From NCBI GenBank assembly GCA_012517235.1, contig JAAYVI010000017.1, forward strand, positions 540 through 64,539: a stretch of DNA of 64,000 nucleotides. Reading direction: 5' to 3'. Under the pieces are notes generated by a model. It did no database searches, was not told where the DNA came from, and was given only the letters and a program-made list of their open reading frames with translations. Within the stretch, counting starts at the first letter, position 1. Every line of letters starts with the position of its first letter. Shown here one piece after another: positions 28,872-38,414 of this stretch. The position numbers and the translations under genes were made by a program. Origin of the DNA: Elusimicrobiota bacterium (GTDB lineage: Bacteria; Elusimicrobiota; Elusimicrobia; Elusimicrobiales; UBA9959).

Positions 28872-29758
28872 GCGCGGAATATAAGCACGAACCGGTTCTT
28901 TTGGAAGAGACGGTAAATCTTCTAATAACCGACTCGGAAGGTCTTTATGTGGACGCAACCGTAGGGATGGGCGGACATGCCTCAAAAATACTTTCAAAGC
29001 TCGGCAGACAGGGGAAACTTATAGGATTCGATTGGGATCCGGAAATGGTCAATATATCGAAAAACAACTTATCTTCATACGGGGATAAAGTCAAGATAAT
29101 AGGATCTAACTTTTCCGCGATGGAAGAAGTTTTCAAAAGAGAAGGCATAATTAATATTTCGGGCATTTTATTCGACCTGGGAGTATCTTCTCTTCACTTC
29201 GACAAACCGCAAAGAGGATTTAGCTTTAAACACGAAGGACCTCTGGATATGAGAATAAATCCGGCCAATCCTCTGACTGCGCATACCATAATAAATAAAT
29301 GGCCTTACGAACAAATAGAACATCTTATAAGGATATGCGGAGAAAGATTTTCTCATAAAATAGCAAAGCACATATGCGAAAGAAGAGAAAAAAAAGAATT
29401 TGAAACTACTACCGAACTTAAGAATCTTATCGAAGAAATAATGCCCAGAACTTCCAGAAAAAGCAATCCGGCGACCAAAACTTTTTTGGCTTTAAGAGTG
29501 GCCGTAAACTACGAATTTGAAAATCTTACCAAGGGGATACAAAAAGCGGGACAATTTTTAGTACCGGGCGGCAGAATGGCCATAATAACTTTTCACTCTC
29601 TGGAAGACAGAATAGTAAAAGAAACTTTTTATTTTATGGCGAGAATGGGCGGATGGAAACTTATAACAAAAAAACCCATATCTCCCAACGAATCGGAAGT
29701 AAACGCCAATAACCGTTCCAGAAGCGCGAAACTGAGGGTGATAGAAAGGATAAAGTAA
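28868..29758 (+). CDS. rsmH: 16S rRNA m4C1402 methyltransferase
   Basis: HEPVLLEE, DATVGMGGH, DLGVSS, FHSLEDRIVK, RSRSAKLR. Confidence 0.97.
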   Translation: MSAEYKHEPVLLEETVNLLITDSEGLYVDATVGMGGHASKILSKLGRQGKLIGFDWDPEMVNISKNNLSSYGDKVKIIGSNFSAMEEVFKREGIINISGILFDLGVSSLHFDKPQRGFSFKHEGPLDMRINPANPLTAHTIINKWPYEQIEHLIRICGERFSHKIAKHICERREKKEFETTTELKNLIEEIMPRTSRKSNPATKTFLALRVAVNYEFENLTKGIQKAGQFLVPGGRMAIITFHSLEDRIVKETFYFMARMGGWKLITKKPISPNESEVNANNRSRSAKLRVIERIK

Positions 29759-29769
29759 AAGGAGGCATT

Positions 29770-29925
29770 ATGAAAAGTCTTAAATCGAAATTAGGATTAA
29801 ACTTCATATCGAGAAAAACAAAACAAGCCATAAAGGATTTTAAAACCAGCATAAAGCCTACCAGGGTCCTTTATCTTTGGGAAAAAAACAATTTGATGAA
29901 AATAGAAATGTTCTCGATGGAATAA
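29770..29925 (+). CDS. Small basic hypothetical protein (51 aa, missed by the ORF track)
   Basis: SD AAAGGAGG 4 nt before the ATG; MKSLKSKLGLNFISRKTKQAIKDFKTSIKPTRVLYLWEKNNLMKIEMFSME*. Fills the rsmH-ftsL gap. Confidence 0.7.
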   Translation: MKSLKSKLGLNFISRKTKQAIKDFKTSIKPTRVLYLWEKNNLMKIEMFSME

Positions 29926-29928
29926 AAA

Positions 29929-30258
29929 ATGAAAAGATCGGCCTATTTTCATAAGATTATACTTCCCGTTCTCGCTCTCCTTTTCTGCGCGGTAACCTTA
30001 AACATATTCAGGGTAAAATTGGGTTATGCCATAGAAAGGACTAAAAAAGAAGCCGCCAAACTTTCGATAGAAAACGACTATCTGGCGAAAAAAATAGCTC
30101 ATGCGCGTTCTCCTAAAAATTTAGAAGTCTACGCCGCTTCGGCCGGCTTAAAATATCCGGAACCGTACTCCATAGTAATAATAGACGCGCCTAAGGAAAC
30201 TTACGAAAAGAAACGCGGATGGCTGTCCGCTCTATTTTCCAAAACAAATAAAAGTTGA
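29929..30258 (+). CDS. ftsL: FtsL-like cell division protein
   Basis: Single TM, coiled coil, SPKNLEVYA..AGL.YP motif; sits just before ftsI. Confidence 0.75.
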   Translation: MKRSAYFHKIILPVLALLFCAVTLNIFRVKLGYAIERTKKEAAKLSIENDYLAKKIAHARSPKNLEVYAASAGLKYPEPYSIVIIDAPKETYEKKRGWLSALFSKTNKS

Positions 30259-30269
30259 TTAAAATTTAG

Positions 30270-31970
30270 ATGAATCTTAGTTTTCTTTCCAGGGCCAAAC
30301 ATATTTTTTTTATACTGATTTTTATAAGCGCGGCCGCTGGTTTTCGTTTATTTTGGCTTCAAATTATATCTCATGCGGAAATAAAAGACATCGGGGAAAA
30401 AGAATTTAAAAAAACGGTTAAAGAGACCTCGCCCAGAGGCAGGATTTACGACTGCTGCGGGGAAATATTGGCCGATTCCATAATAGTCTGGGATCTGGCG
30501 GTTATGAAAAAAGAAATGCAGTCTCCTTACTCTTTTTGCTCCGTTTTTTCGCAAATTTTAGGGAAATCGGAAAACGAATGTCTGCAAAAAATAAAAAAAG
30601 GTAAAAACTATATAAAAATAGAAAAATCTCTCGAAATGAGCGTTTATGAAAAACTTTCTCAAGCATTCAAAGAAAAATCCGTAAAAGGAATTTTATTCGA
30701 ACCTCATCAAAAAAGAATATATCCTCAAGAAACGGCAAAAGAAGTCATAGGTTTGGCTAACGAGGAAAAAGGATTGACCGCCGCCGAACTCGTATACGAC
30801 GAAATACTTAAAGGCGCTTTAAAAAGAAAAGAAATAATAAAAGACAGACGCGGAGAAACCGTTTTTACTGAAAAAGAATTAGAAACTCAAAAACCTTCGG
30901 AAATTTTTCTTTCATTGGATTCTAAAATACAATTTTTCAGCGAAGAAGTATTAAAAAATTATGTCGAAAAAAGCGCCGCGGATTTGGGGATAGGCATCGT
31001 TCAGGAAGTAAAAACGGGGAAAATAGCCGCAATGGCTTCCTGGCCCCAAAATCTTATCAATTTAAACGGATTGGAATGGGTGTACGAACCGGGTTCTACT
31101 TTTAAGACAATAGTTTTATCGGCGGCTCTTGAAGAAAATGTTACGGACGAAAACGATTATTATTACTGCGAAAACGGAGCGTGGAAATTTTCTCCCAAAA
31201 TAACGATAAGAGACCACGAACCGGAAAAAAACTTGAAATTAAACGAGGTTTTTGAAAAATCTTCAAATATAGGATTTGCAAAAATAGGTTTGAAACTCGG
31301 AACCGAGAAACTTTATCTTTACTCCAAATCTTTCGGTTTTGGGTCCGCATACGGATTCGGATTTCCAGGAGAATCCAAAGGTATATTAAAAGATCTAAAA
31401 AATTATAAGCAAATAGACACGGCCGTTTCTTCTTTCGGACACTCGATAGCGGCCACTCCCATTCAAGTCATAAACGCTTATACGGCAATAGCCAACGGAG
31501 GAATTCTTTTAAAACCCTATTTGATAGAAAAAATAAAAAGCGAAGAAGAAGAAAAAACGTTTTCCAGAACGGAGATAAGAAAAGTCATATCCGCCGAAAC
31601 CGCCAAAAGGGTAAAAAATCTCCTACTGGGAGTCGTAGACAGAGGGACGGGAAGAAATGCTTCGATAATCGGATATTCCGTAGCGGGCAAAACGGGAACA
31701 TCTAACAAAATAGATCCTAAAACAGGCAAATATGTCGAGAAGAAAAATGTCACGTCTTTTTGCGGATTTTTTCCCGCATCGGACCCTCAGTATTCCATAT
31801 TGGTAGTACTGGATAATCCTAAAAAATTTCACTACGGCGGAGAAACCGCCGCGCCGGCTTTTAAAGAAATAGCGAAAAGAATAATAAATCTGAAAAATAT
31901 AAAGCCTGACAGGGATTTTAATTACAAACAAGCGCTTCAGACATCATACGGAAAAAATATAAGCGATTAG
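30270..31970 (+). CDS. ftsI: Class B penicillin-binding protein FtsI/PBP3
   Basis: RGRIYD, EPGSTFK (SxxK), SSN, GKTGT; no PASTA domain. Confidence 0.93.
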   Translation: MNLSFLSRAKHIFFILIFISAAAGFRLFWLQIISHAEIKDIGEKEFKKTVKETSPRGRIYDCCGEILADSIIVWDLAVMKKEMQSPYSFCSVFSQILGKSENECLQKIKKGKNYIKIEKSLEMSVYEKLSQAFKEKSVKGILFEPHQKRIYPQETAKEVIGLANEEKGLTAAELVYDEILKGALKRKEIIKDRRGETVFTEKELETQKPSEIFLSLDSKIQFFSEEVLKNYVEKSAADLGIGIVQEVKTGKIAAMASWPQNLINLNGLEWVYEPGSTFKTIVLSAALEENVTDENDYYYCENGAWKFSPKITIRDHEPEKNLKLNEVFEKSSNIGFAKIGLKLGTEKLYLYSKSFGFGSAYGFGFPGESKGILKDLKNYKQIDTAVSSFGHSIAATPIQVINAYTAIANGGILLKPYLIEKIKSEEEEKTFSRTEIRKVISAETAKRVKNLLLGVVDRGTGRNASIIGYSVAGKTGTSNKIDPKTGKYVEKKNVTSFCGFFPASDPQYSILVVLDNPKKFHYGGETAAPAFKEIAKRIINLKNIKPDRDFNYKQALQTSYGKNISD

Positions 31971-31998
31971 ATTTTCTATCCTTAGCGTTTTATCTTAA

Positions 31999-32007
31999 TG
32001 ATATAAT
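31999..32007 (+). promoter_or_regulatory. Internal extended -10 promoter before murE
   Basis: TGaTATAAT ending 7 nt before the murE ATG; no SD. Confidence 0.6.
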
Positions 32008-32014
32008 TTAAATT

Positions 32015-33496
32015 ATGAAATTAAAGAGGCTTTTTGACCCGGCGGATATGGATGCGACGGGATATGAAAATTTGGAAATAAAAGGTTTGACAAGAGACTC
32101 TAAAGTCATAAAAGAAGGATTCTTATTTTTTGCTTCCAAAGGTATGTCGAAAGACGGAAAAGATTTTATAGACGAAGCCTTTAAAAAAGGCGCCGCGGCC
32201 GCCGTAATAGACAAAGAAATTAAAAATAAAATAGGGCCTTGCTTTTTGGCAAAAGATTTTGAAAAAACGGTAAATATTATTTCTAAAATTTTCTACGGAG
32301 ATCCATCTTCTTTTTTATATTGCGCGGGTATAACCGGAACAAAAGGTAAAACCACAGTTTCTTATTTTTTGGAAAAAGCTTTTTTAGATTTTAAATTAAA
32401 ACCGGCGGTAATAGGAACCGTAAATTATCGCGCTATGGGTAAAATAATATATCCGGCTCCCAACACTACGCCTTCAGAACCCCTGCTATCGGAAATTCTT
32501 CGCTCTTTCTTAGACATGGGATGCGCTTCTTGTATTATGGAAACATCCTCTCACGCTTTGGCTCTAAAAAGGACGGAAAATGTAAATTTTGACGCGGCTT
32601 TATTTACCAATCTTCAAAGCGACCATATGGATTTTCATAAAACAAGAAAAGATTACGCGCAAGCCAAAAGAAAACTTTTTAAGTCTTTATCGGAATCTTC
32701 CAAAAAAAACAAAATAGCCGTAATAAACGCCGACGACGAAGCGGCGGATCTTATGGCAAGCGCTTGTTCCGAAGATATAAAAATAATTTTTTACGGGACA
32801 AAAAAAGAAGGCGACATTCGCGCGGAAAACATCGTAGAAAAACCGGAAGCTTCTTATTTCGATATAAAAATAGAAGGCAAAAAAACTGAAAGCGCGTCGT
32901 TAAAAATGATAGGAGAACATAATATATATAATTTCTTGGCGGCGGCTTCGCTTTTATACGCAAAAGGATTCGCCGTTTCCGAAATCATAGCGTCTTTGGG
33001 AAATTTTTCCCAGGTACCGGGAAGACTGGAAAAAATAGAATCGTCTTTGGGATTTTATATTTTTATAGATTACGCTCATACGGAACAGTCTTTGATAAGC
33101 GTGCTGAAAGCTCTTAGAAAATCCGGTCCCAAAAGAATTATAACGGTTTTCGGATGCGGAGGAAACAGAGATAAAAGCAAAAGAGCCCCTATGGGAAAAG
33201 CGGCATGCGAATTAAGCGATTTGGTTTTTATTACTTCGGACAATCCGAGGACTGAAAATCCTCAAAGTATAATAAAAGACATAGAAGAAGGCGTAAAAGA
33301 CCGGTTTTCCAATTATTCTAAAGTAACCGACAGAAAAGAAGCAATATTTCAAGCGGTAAAAGAAGCTAAAAAGGGGGACTTTATCTTAATAGCCGGCAAA
33401 GGGCATGAAAACTATCAAATAATAGGAAATGAAAAAATAAAATTTGACGATAAAGAAACCGCCATGGAAGCAATGGACAAACAAGGAAAAATATGA
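32015..33496 (+). CDS. murE: UDP-MurNAc-dipeptide:meso-DAP ligase
   Basis: GITGTKGKTT, METSSH, DYAHT, GCGGNRD, DNPR (mDAP specificity), AGKGHE. Confidence 0.97.
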   Translation: MKLKRLFDPADMDATGYENLEIKGLTRDSKVIKEGFLFFASKGMSKDGKDFIDEAFKKGAAAAVIDKEIKNKIGPCFLAKDFEKTVNIISKIFYGDPSSFLYCAGITGTKGKTTVSYFLEKAFLDFKLKPAVIGTVNYRAMGKIIYPAPNTTPSEPLLSEILRSFLDMGCASCIMETSSHALALKRTENVNFDAALFTNLQSDHMDFHKTRKDYAQAKRKLFKSLSESSKKNKIAVINADDEAADLMASACSEDIKIIFYGTKKEGDIRAENIVEKPEASYFDIKIEGKKTESASLKMIGEHNIYNFLAAASLLYAKGFAVSEIIASLGNFSQVPGRLEKIESSLGFYIFIDYAHTEQSLISVLKALRKSGPKRIITVFGCGGNRDKSKRAPMGKAACELSDLVFITSDNPRTENPQSIIKDIEEGVKDRFSNYSKVTDRKEAIFQAVKEAKKGDFILIAGKGHENYQIIGNEKIKFDDKETAMEAMDKQGKI

Positions 33497-34872
33497 ATCT
33501 AAACATAAAAACGAAAAAACTGGCTAAAATTATAGACGGAAAAATTATAAAAGGAAAAAACGTATTAATTCGCTCTTTTTCTACCGATACCAGAAAAATT
33601 AAACCGGGCGAAGTTTTTTGGGCGCTCAAAGGAGACAATTATAACGCCGATAATTTTATAAAAGAAGCTTTGGAGAAAAAAGCTTCGGGAATAATTTGCT
33701 CCAAAGGAGCTTTTCCCGAAAGTTTGAAAGAAAAAACCGATTTTGTAATAGAAACAAAAGATACGCTTAAAGCCTTACAAAAACTGGCGGCTTTCCATAT
33801 AAAAAAAAGCAAAATACCGGTAATATGCGTAACCGGTTCTAACGGAAAAACTACCACAAAAGAAATGATTAAGCATATTCTTTCGAAAAAATACGAGGTA
33901 TGCTCCAATTACGGAAACTTTAACAATCGATTCGGACTTCCTTTATCGGTATTGGAAATCGAAAAAAAGCATGAATGCGCGGTTTTCGAATTGGGAGCTT
34001 CGCAAAGGGGGGACGTGGCAAATTTGGCCAAAATAATAAGACCCGATATTTCTGTAATAACAACGATAGGCCCGGAACATCTGGAATTTTTTAAAAGTAT
34101 GTCAAATATTTATAAAACCGAAACCGAAGCGATAGATTATTTAAAAAAAGGCGGAAAATTTATATACAACCGCGATAATAAGTGGCTGAGAAAATTAGAG
34201 AAGAAAAAAATATCCAAACTAAGCTTCGGAACGGACATAAATTCGAATTTGAAAATAATCAAAAAAGATAAAAAATACTTTTTTGCCGCGGAAAACGGAA
34301 CATTTTCGATAAAAATTAAAAATCCCGCTTTACACAATTACTTTAACGCCGCCGCGGCTTTTCTGGCGGCCAAAGAAATGGGGATAAAAGAAAAAGTTAT
34401 CTTAAAAGCATTAAAAGATTTTCCCGGGGTTAAAATGAGAATGCAGGAAATAAGATACGGAAAATCCGTAATTATTTTTGACGCATATAATTCCAATCCT
34501 CAATCTTTGGACGCTTTCTTAGAAGAAACCGATTGTCTTGCTCCTCAATTTTTATTTTTGGGAGATATGAAAGAATTGGGAAAATTTTCGTCTTATTACC
34601 ATAAAGAAGCCGCTAAAAAAATATTAAAAAGGCAAGCGGAAAAAATATTTTTGATAGGACCGGAAATGAAAAAAGCCGCAGACTTTTTGAAAGGTAAAAA
34701 AGAAAATGTAAAATATTTTACAGGAGTAAAAGAAGCTTTAAGAGAAACCGCAAGATTTTTTAATAAAAATAAAAAAGCCTTTTTTCTTTTTAAAGGCTCA
34801 AGATCAGTGGGATTGGAAAATCTGCTGCCGGATAAAATAAGAAATAAGACTTCTTTAAAAGGCGCAAGATAA
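33493..34872 (+). CDS. murF: UDP-MurNAc-tripeptide:D-Ala-D-Ala ligase
   Basis: TGSNGKTTTKE, NFNN.FGLP, DAYNSNP, GDMKELG, KGSR. Confidence 0.96.
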   Translation: MNLNIKTKKLAKIIDGKIIKGKNVLIRSFSTDTRKIKPGEVFWALKGDNYNADNFIKEALEKKASGIICSKGAFPESLKEKTDFVIETKDTLKALQKLAAFHIKKSKIPVICVTGSNGKTTTKEMIKHILSKKYEVCSNYGNFNNRFGLPLSVLEIEKKHECAVFELGASQRGDVANLAKIIRPDISVITTIGPEHLEFFKSMSNIYKTETEAIDYLKKGGKFIYNRDNKWLRKLEKKKISKLSFGTDINSNLKIIKKDKKYFFAAENGTFSIKIKNPALHNYFNAAAAFLAAKEMGIKEKVILKALKDFPGVKMRMQEIRYGKSVIIFDAYNSNPQSLDAFLEETDCLAPQFLFLGDMKELGKFSSYYHKEAAKKILKRQAEKIFLIGPEMKKAADFLKGKKENVKYFTGVKEALRETARFFNKNKKAFFLFKGSRSVGLENLLPDKIRNKTSLKGAR

Positions 34873-34883
34873 AAGGAGAATAA

Positions 34884-35969
34884 ATGCTTTATTATTTAAG
34901 TTTTCTTAAAGATTTTTATAGCCCTTTGAACATTTTTCAGTATATAACTTTTAGAACCGGAGGAGCCGTAATAACATCCTTCTTGATTACCCTAATAATA
35001 GGTCCGGCCGTAATAAATAAACTAAAAACTTACAAAATATCTCAAATTCAAAGAAGAGACGGCCCTCCGAGCCATTTTTCAAAAGACGGAACTACTACTA
35101 TGGGCGGGGTGATAATATTGATTTCTATGCTTATCTCCTGTATTCTCTGGGCGCAATTAAGCAATAGGTTTGTAATTCTTCTTTTAATTTCCACCTTAAT
35201 ACTCGCTTTTGCCGGATGGGCCGACGATTACATGAAGTTAATAAAAAAAGATCCCAAAGGAGCCCCTTCTTCTTTTAAATTTTCATTGCAAATAGCCGTA
35301 GCTCTGATAACGGCCGCATATTTGGCCGTCAATCCTCCCAATCCAGAATATCCTACTCATATTTTGGTGCCTTATACCAAGCAAATTTTAATAAATTTGG
35401 GCGTATTTTACTTTATATTCGAAATGATAATAGTCATAGGAACGTCAAATGCCGTGAATTTAACAGACGGACAAGACGGTTTGGCAAGCGGACTTATGGT
35501 ATTTACGGCTCTTACTTTTTTGATAATAGCATACTGCGCCGGACATGTTAAAATAGCTTCTTATTTGAAAATAATACATGTCCAAGGGGCGGGAGAAATT
35601 TCGGTTTTTTTGGCGACTATAATAGGAGCCTGTTTGGGTTTTATGTGGTTTAATTCTTATCCGGCGCAAATATTTATGGGGGATACGAGTTCTCTTTTTT
35701 TGGGCGGATCGGTGGGAATAGCCGCCATACTAATAAAACAAGAGCTTCTACTTCCCGTGGCCGGGGGACTTTTCTTGATAGAAACTCTTTCCGTAATAAT
35801 ACAAATGGCTTCTTATAAGTTTAGAAACAAAAAAAGAGTTTTCCTTATGGCTCCCCTGCATCATCATTTCGAACTTAAGGGGATACCGGAACCTAAGGTA
35901 ACCGTTAGGTTTTGGATAATGGGAATAATGCTTATGCTTGCGGCTTTATCTTCGCTTAAGATAAGGTAA
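34884..35969 (+). CDS. mraY: Phospho-MurNAc-pentapeptide transferase
   Basis: TMGG, DDY, NAVNLTDG.DGL, FMGD, MAPLHHHFE. Confidence 0.98.
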   Translation: MLYYLSFLKDFYSPLNIFQYITFRTGGAVITSFLITLIIGPAVINKLKTYKISQIQRRDGPPSHFSKDGTTTMGGVIILISMLISCILWAQLSNRFVILLLISTLILAFAGWADDYMKLIKKDPKGAPSSFKFSLQIAVALITAAYLAVNPPNPEYPTHILVPYTKQILINLGVFYFIFEMIIVIGTSNAVNLTDGQDGLASGLMVFTALTFLIIAYCAGHVKIASYLKIIHVQGAGEISVFLATIIGACLGFMWFNSYPAQIFMGDTSSLFLGGSVGIAAILIKQELLLPVAGGLFLIETLSVIIQMASYKFRNKKRVFLMAPLHHHFELKGIPEPKVTVRFWIMGIMLMLAALSSLKIR

Positions 35970-35977
35970 TTAAACAT

Positions 35978-37321
35978 ATGAAAAAGAATGTTTTGATCAT
36001 AGGAGCGGGTAAAAGCGGTTCCGCCTGCGCGCGTCTTCTTTTTAAAAAAGGCTTTTCCGTTTTCGTATCGGATAAAAAGGATAAAAAAGAAATTGCAAAA
36101 AACTTAAGTCCTCAAATAAAAATTTTGTCCGAAGAAGAAGCGGTAAAAAAAGCTTCCTTATTTTCCTTTGCCGTAAAAAGTCCCGGGCTCAAATCCGACA
36201 ATCCGGTAATTATATCGTTATTAAAAGCTTCGGTCCCCATAAGAAGCGAACTTGAAACGGCATTAAATTTTTCCAAAACAAAAAATCTGATAATGATAAC
36301 CGGGACAAACGGAAAAACCACAACTACCGCTCTTTGCGCTTTTATAATGTCAAAAGCTCTGAAAAACAAAGGCAAAGCGTACGCTTGCGGAAACATCGGA
36401 TATCCGGTATCTCTTGCCGTTGCCAAAGCGAGAGAGAATGATTTTTTAGTAATAGAAGCTTCCAGTTATCAGCTGGAAGATTCTCGGCGCATATCTCCTC
36501 TATCGTGCGCGATATTGAATATAACACCGGACCATATAGAACATCACGGTTCTTTAAAATCTTACGTACGGGCAAAGGAAAAAATTTTTAAATTTCAAAA
36601 CAAAGACCAATTTTGTATTTTAAACCGGGAAGATAAAAATCTTATTTTATCTTCGAGAGAATGTCCTTCTAAGGTTCTATTTTTTTCTTTAAAACCTTTC
36701 AAAGGAGACGGAGCGTATCTTAAAAATAAAAAAATATTTTTTCATATGGGCGGAAAAGATTTTTACTGTTCCACGCCTAAGTTTTTAATAGGAAATCATA
36801 ACATACAAAATGCCATGGCCGCGGCTTTGTGCGCGATTTCCTGCAAAGCCAAAATTTCCGACGTAAAAAAAGCTTTCTCTTCTTTTAAAGGAATAGAACA
36901 CAGAATAGAATTTGTAAGAAAAATAAAAGGAGTTTCTTACTACAACGACTCCAAAGCGACAAATGTGGATTCCGTTCTAATAGCCCTTAAAGCTTTGGGG
37001 AAAAAGAAAAATATATGGCTCATATTGGGCGGCAGAGATAAGATGGCCCCTTATTCTCCGCTTTTGCCTCTGATAAAAAAATATGTAAAAACCGTTTTAA
37101 CGGTAGGCGAAGCGGCCGAAAAGATAGAGAAAACCTTTTCGGGATCGGTAAAACTAATATCCGCCAAAGACATATTTAGAGCCTGCGATATCGCAAATAA
37201 TCAAGCAAAAAAAGGAGATATCGTTCTTTTATCTCCGGCTTGCGCTTCTTACGATCAGTTTTCAAACTTTGAAGAAAGGGGCAAAAAATTTAAAGATTAT
37301 GTCTTACGCGTCAAAGCTTAG
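35978..37321 (+). CDS. murD: UDP-MurNAc-L-Ala:D-Glu ligase
   Basis: ITGTNGKTTT, CGNIG, EASSYQL, NDSKATN, LSPACASYDQF. Confidence 0.97.
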   Translation: MKKNVLIIGAGKSGSACARLLFKKGFSVFVSDKKDKKEIAKNLSPQIKILSEEEAVKKASLFSFAVKSPGLKSDNPVIISLLKASVPIRSELETALNFSKTKNLIMITGTNGKTTTTALCAFIMSKALKNKGKAYACGNIGYPVSLAVAKARENDFLVIEASSYQLEDSRRISPLSCAILNITPDHIEHHGSLKSYVRAKEKIFKFQNKDQFCILNREDKNLILSSRECPSKVLFFSLKPFKGDGAYLKNKKIFFHMGGKDFYCSTPKFLIGNHNIQNAMAAALCAISCKAKISDVKKAFSSFKGIEHRIEFVRKIKGVSYYNDSKATNVDSVLIALKALGKKKNIWLILGGRDKMAPYSPLLPLIKKYVKTVLTVGEAAEKIEKTFSGSVKLISAKDIFRACDIANNQAKKGDIVLLSPACASYDQFSNFEERGKKFKDYVLRVKA

Positions 37322-37355
37322 AAAAAAAACTTCGTATTATCATAAAGGACTTAAT

Positions 37356-38414
37356 ATGCGTTTTTTTGATTACGGTTTTTTTTCCGCCGTAATAGCTCTA
37401 TCGTTATTTTCTCTGATAACTTTATATTCGGTAACATCGGTTACCTCGCCTAAATATGTTCAAAAGCAGATAATTTGGCATTTGGCCGGCTTTTCGGTCA
37501 TGATCTTCGTATCTTTTTCGGATCTTAAAAAAATAAGGGAATATGTTTCCTTTTTTAATTTGGGAGTATTATTTATTTTACTTATAACTCTTTTTATGCC
37601 TCCCATACAAAATGTCAGAAGATGGGTGCCTCTGGGATTTATGAATCTTCAAACTTCCGAATTGGCAAAACTTGCCTGCGTTTTTTTTCTGGCTGATTTC
37701 TCGGATAGAAATTATTCCGGCTTATCGAACATGAAAATATTATTAAAACCGGCTTTGATAATTTCGGGCATGCTTCTCCTGATAGCTCTTCAGCCGGACC
37801 TGGGAACTCCGGCTCTTATATTCGCGGTCGCTTTATTTTCTTTATATACGGCCGGCGTAAAGCCGCTATATTTGCTCGCCCCGATAATCGCTGCCATACC
37901 TTTGGCAATAATAGAAATATACAGACATCCTTACAGACTGGTAAGACTTAAAACTTTTCTTTCTCCTTGGGAAAACGCAAAAAACGAAACCTATCAGTTA
38001 GCGCAATCTCTAATAGCCATAGGCAGCGGAGGATGGTTCGGCGTAGGGCCGGGAGCTTCTTCCATAAAACTAAAATACCTGCCCGAAGCTCATACGGATT
38101 TTATCTTTCCCATAATAGCGGAAGAGTTCGGTTTTATGGGATCTTTGATTCTTTTGACCGCTTTTATTTACCTTCTTAAGCGGTCTTTAAAAATAGCCGC
38201 GACATCTTCCGATTATTTCTATTCCTGTCTGGCTTTATTTTCGGGATTTATGATAGTTTTTCAAGCTTTATTTAACATATCTATGACCGCTGGCATGATA
38301 CCGACAAAAGGACTGCCTTTGCCTTTTTTCTCCTACGGAGGCACTTCCATAATGATAACTATGATTTTATGCGGCTTTATACTTAACGCTTCCAGAAACA
38401 GGAGCCAGTCATGA
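37356..38414 (+). CDS. ftsW: SEDS peptidoglycan polymerase FtsW
   Basis: RRW..G..NLQ.SELAK, QPDLGT, YQL.QS, LPEAHTDFIF, LPFFSYGG. Start chosen after SD AAAGGA; an alternative ATG is at 37299. Confidence 0.93.
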   Translation: MRFFDYGFFSAVIALSLFSLITLYSVTSVTSPKYVQKQIIWHLAGFSVMIFVSFSDLKKIREYVSFFNLGVLFILLITLFMPPIQNVRRWVPLGFMNLQTSELAKLACVFFLADFSDRNYSGLSNMKILLKPALIISGMLLLIALQPDLGTPALIFAVALFSLYTAGVKPLYLLAPIIAAIPLAIIEIYRHPYRLVRLKTFLSPWENAKNETYQLAQSLIAIGSGGWFGVGPGASSIKLKYLPEAHTDFIFPIIAEEFGFMGSLILLTAFIYLLKRSLKIAATSSDYFYSCLALFSGFMIVFQALFNISMTAGMIPTKGLPLPFFSYGGTSIMITMILCGFILNASRNRSQS

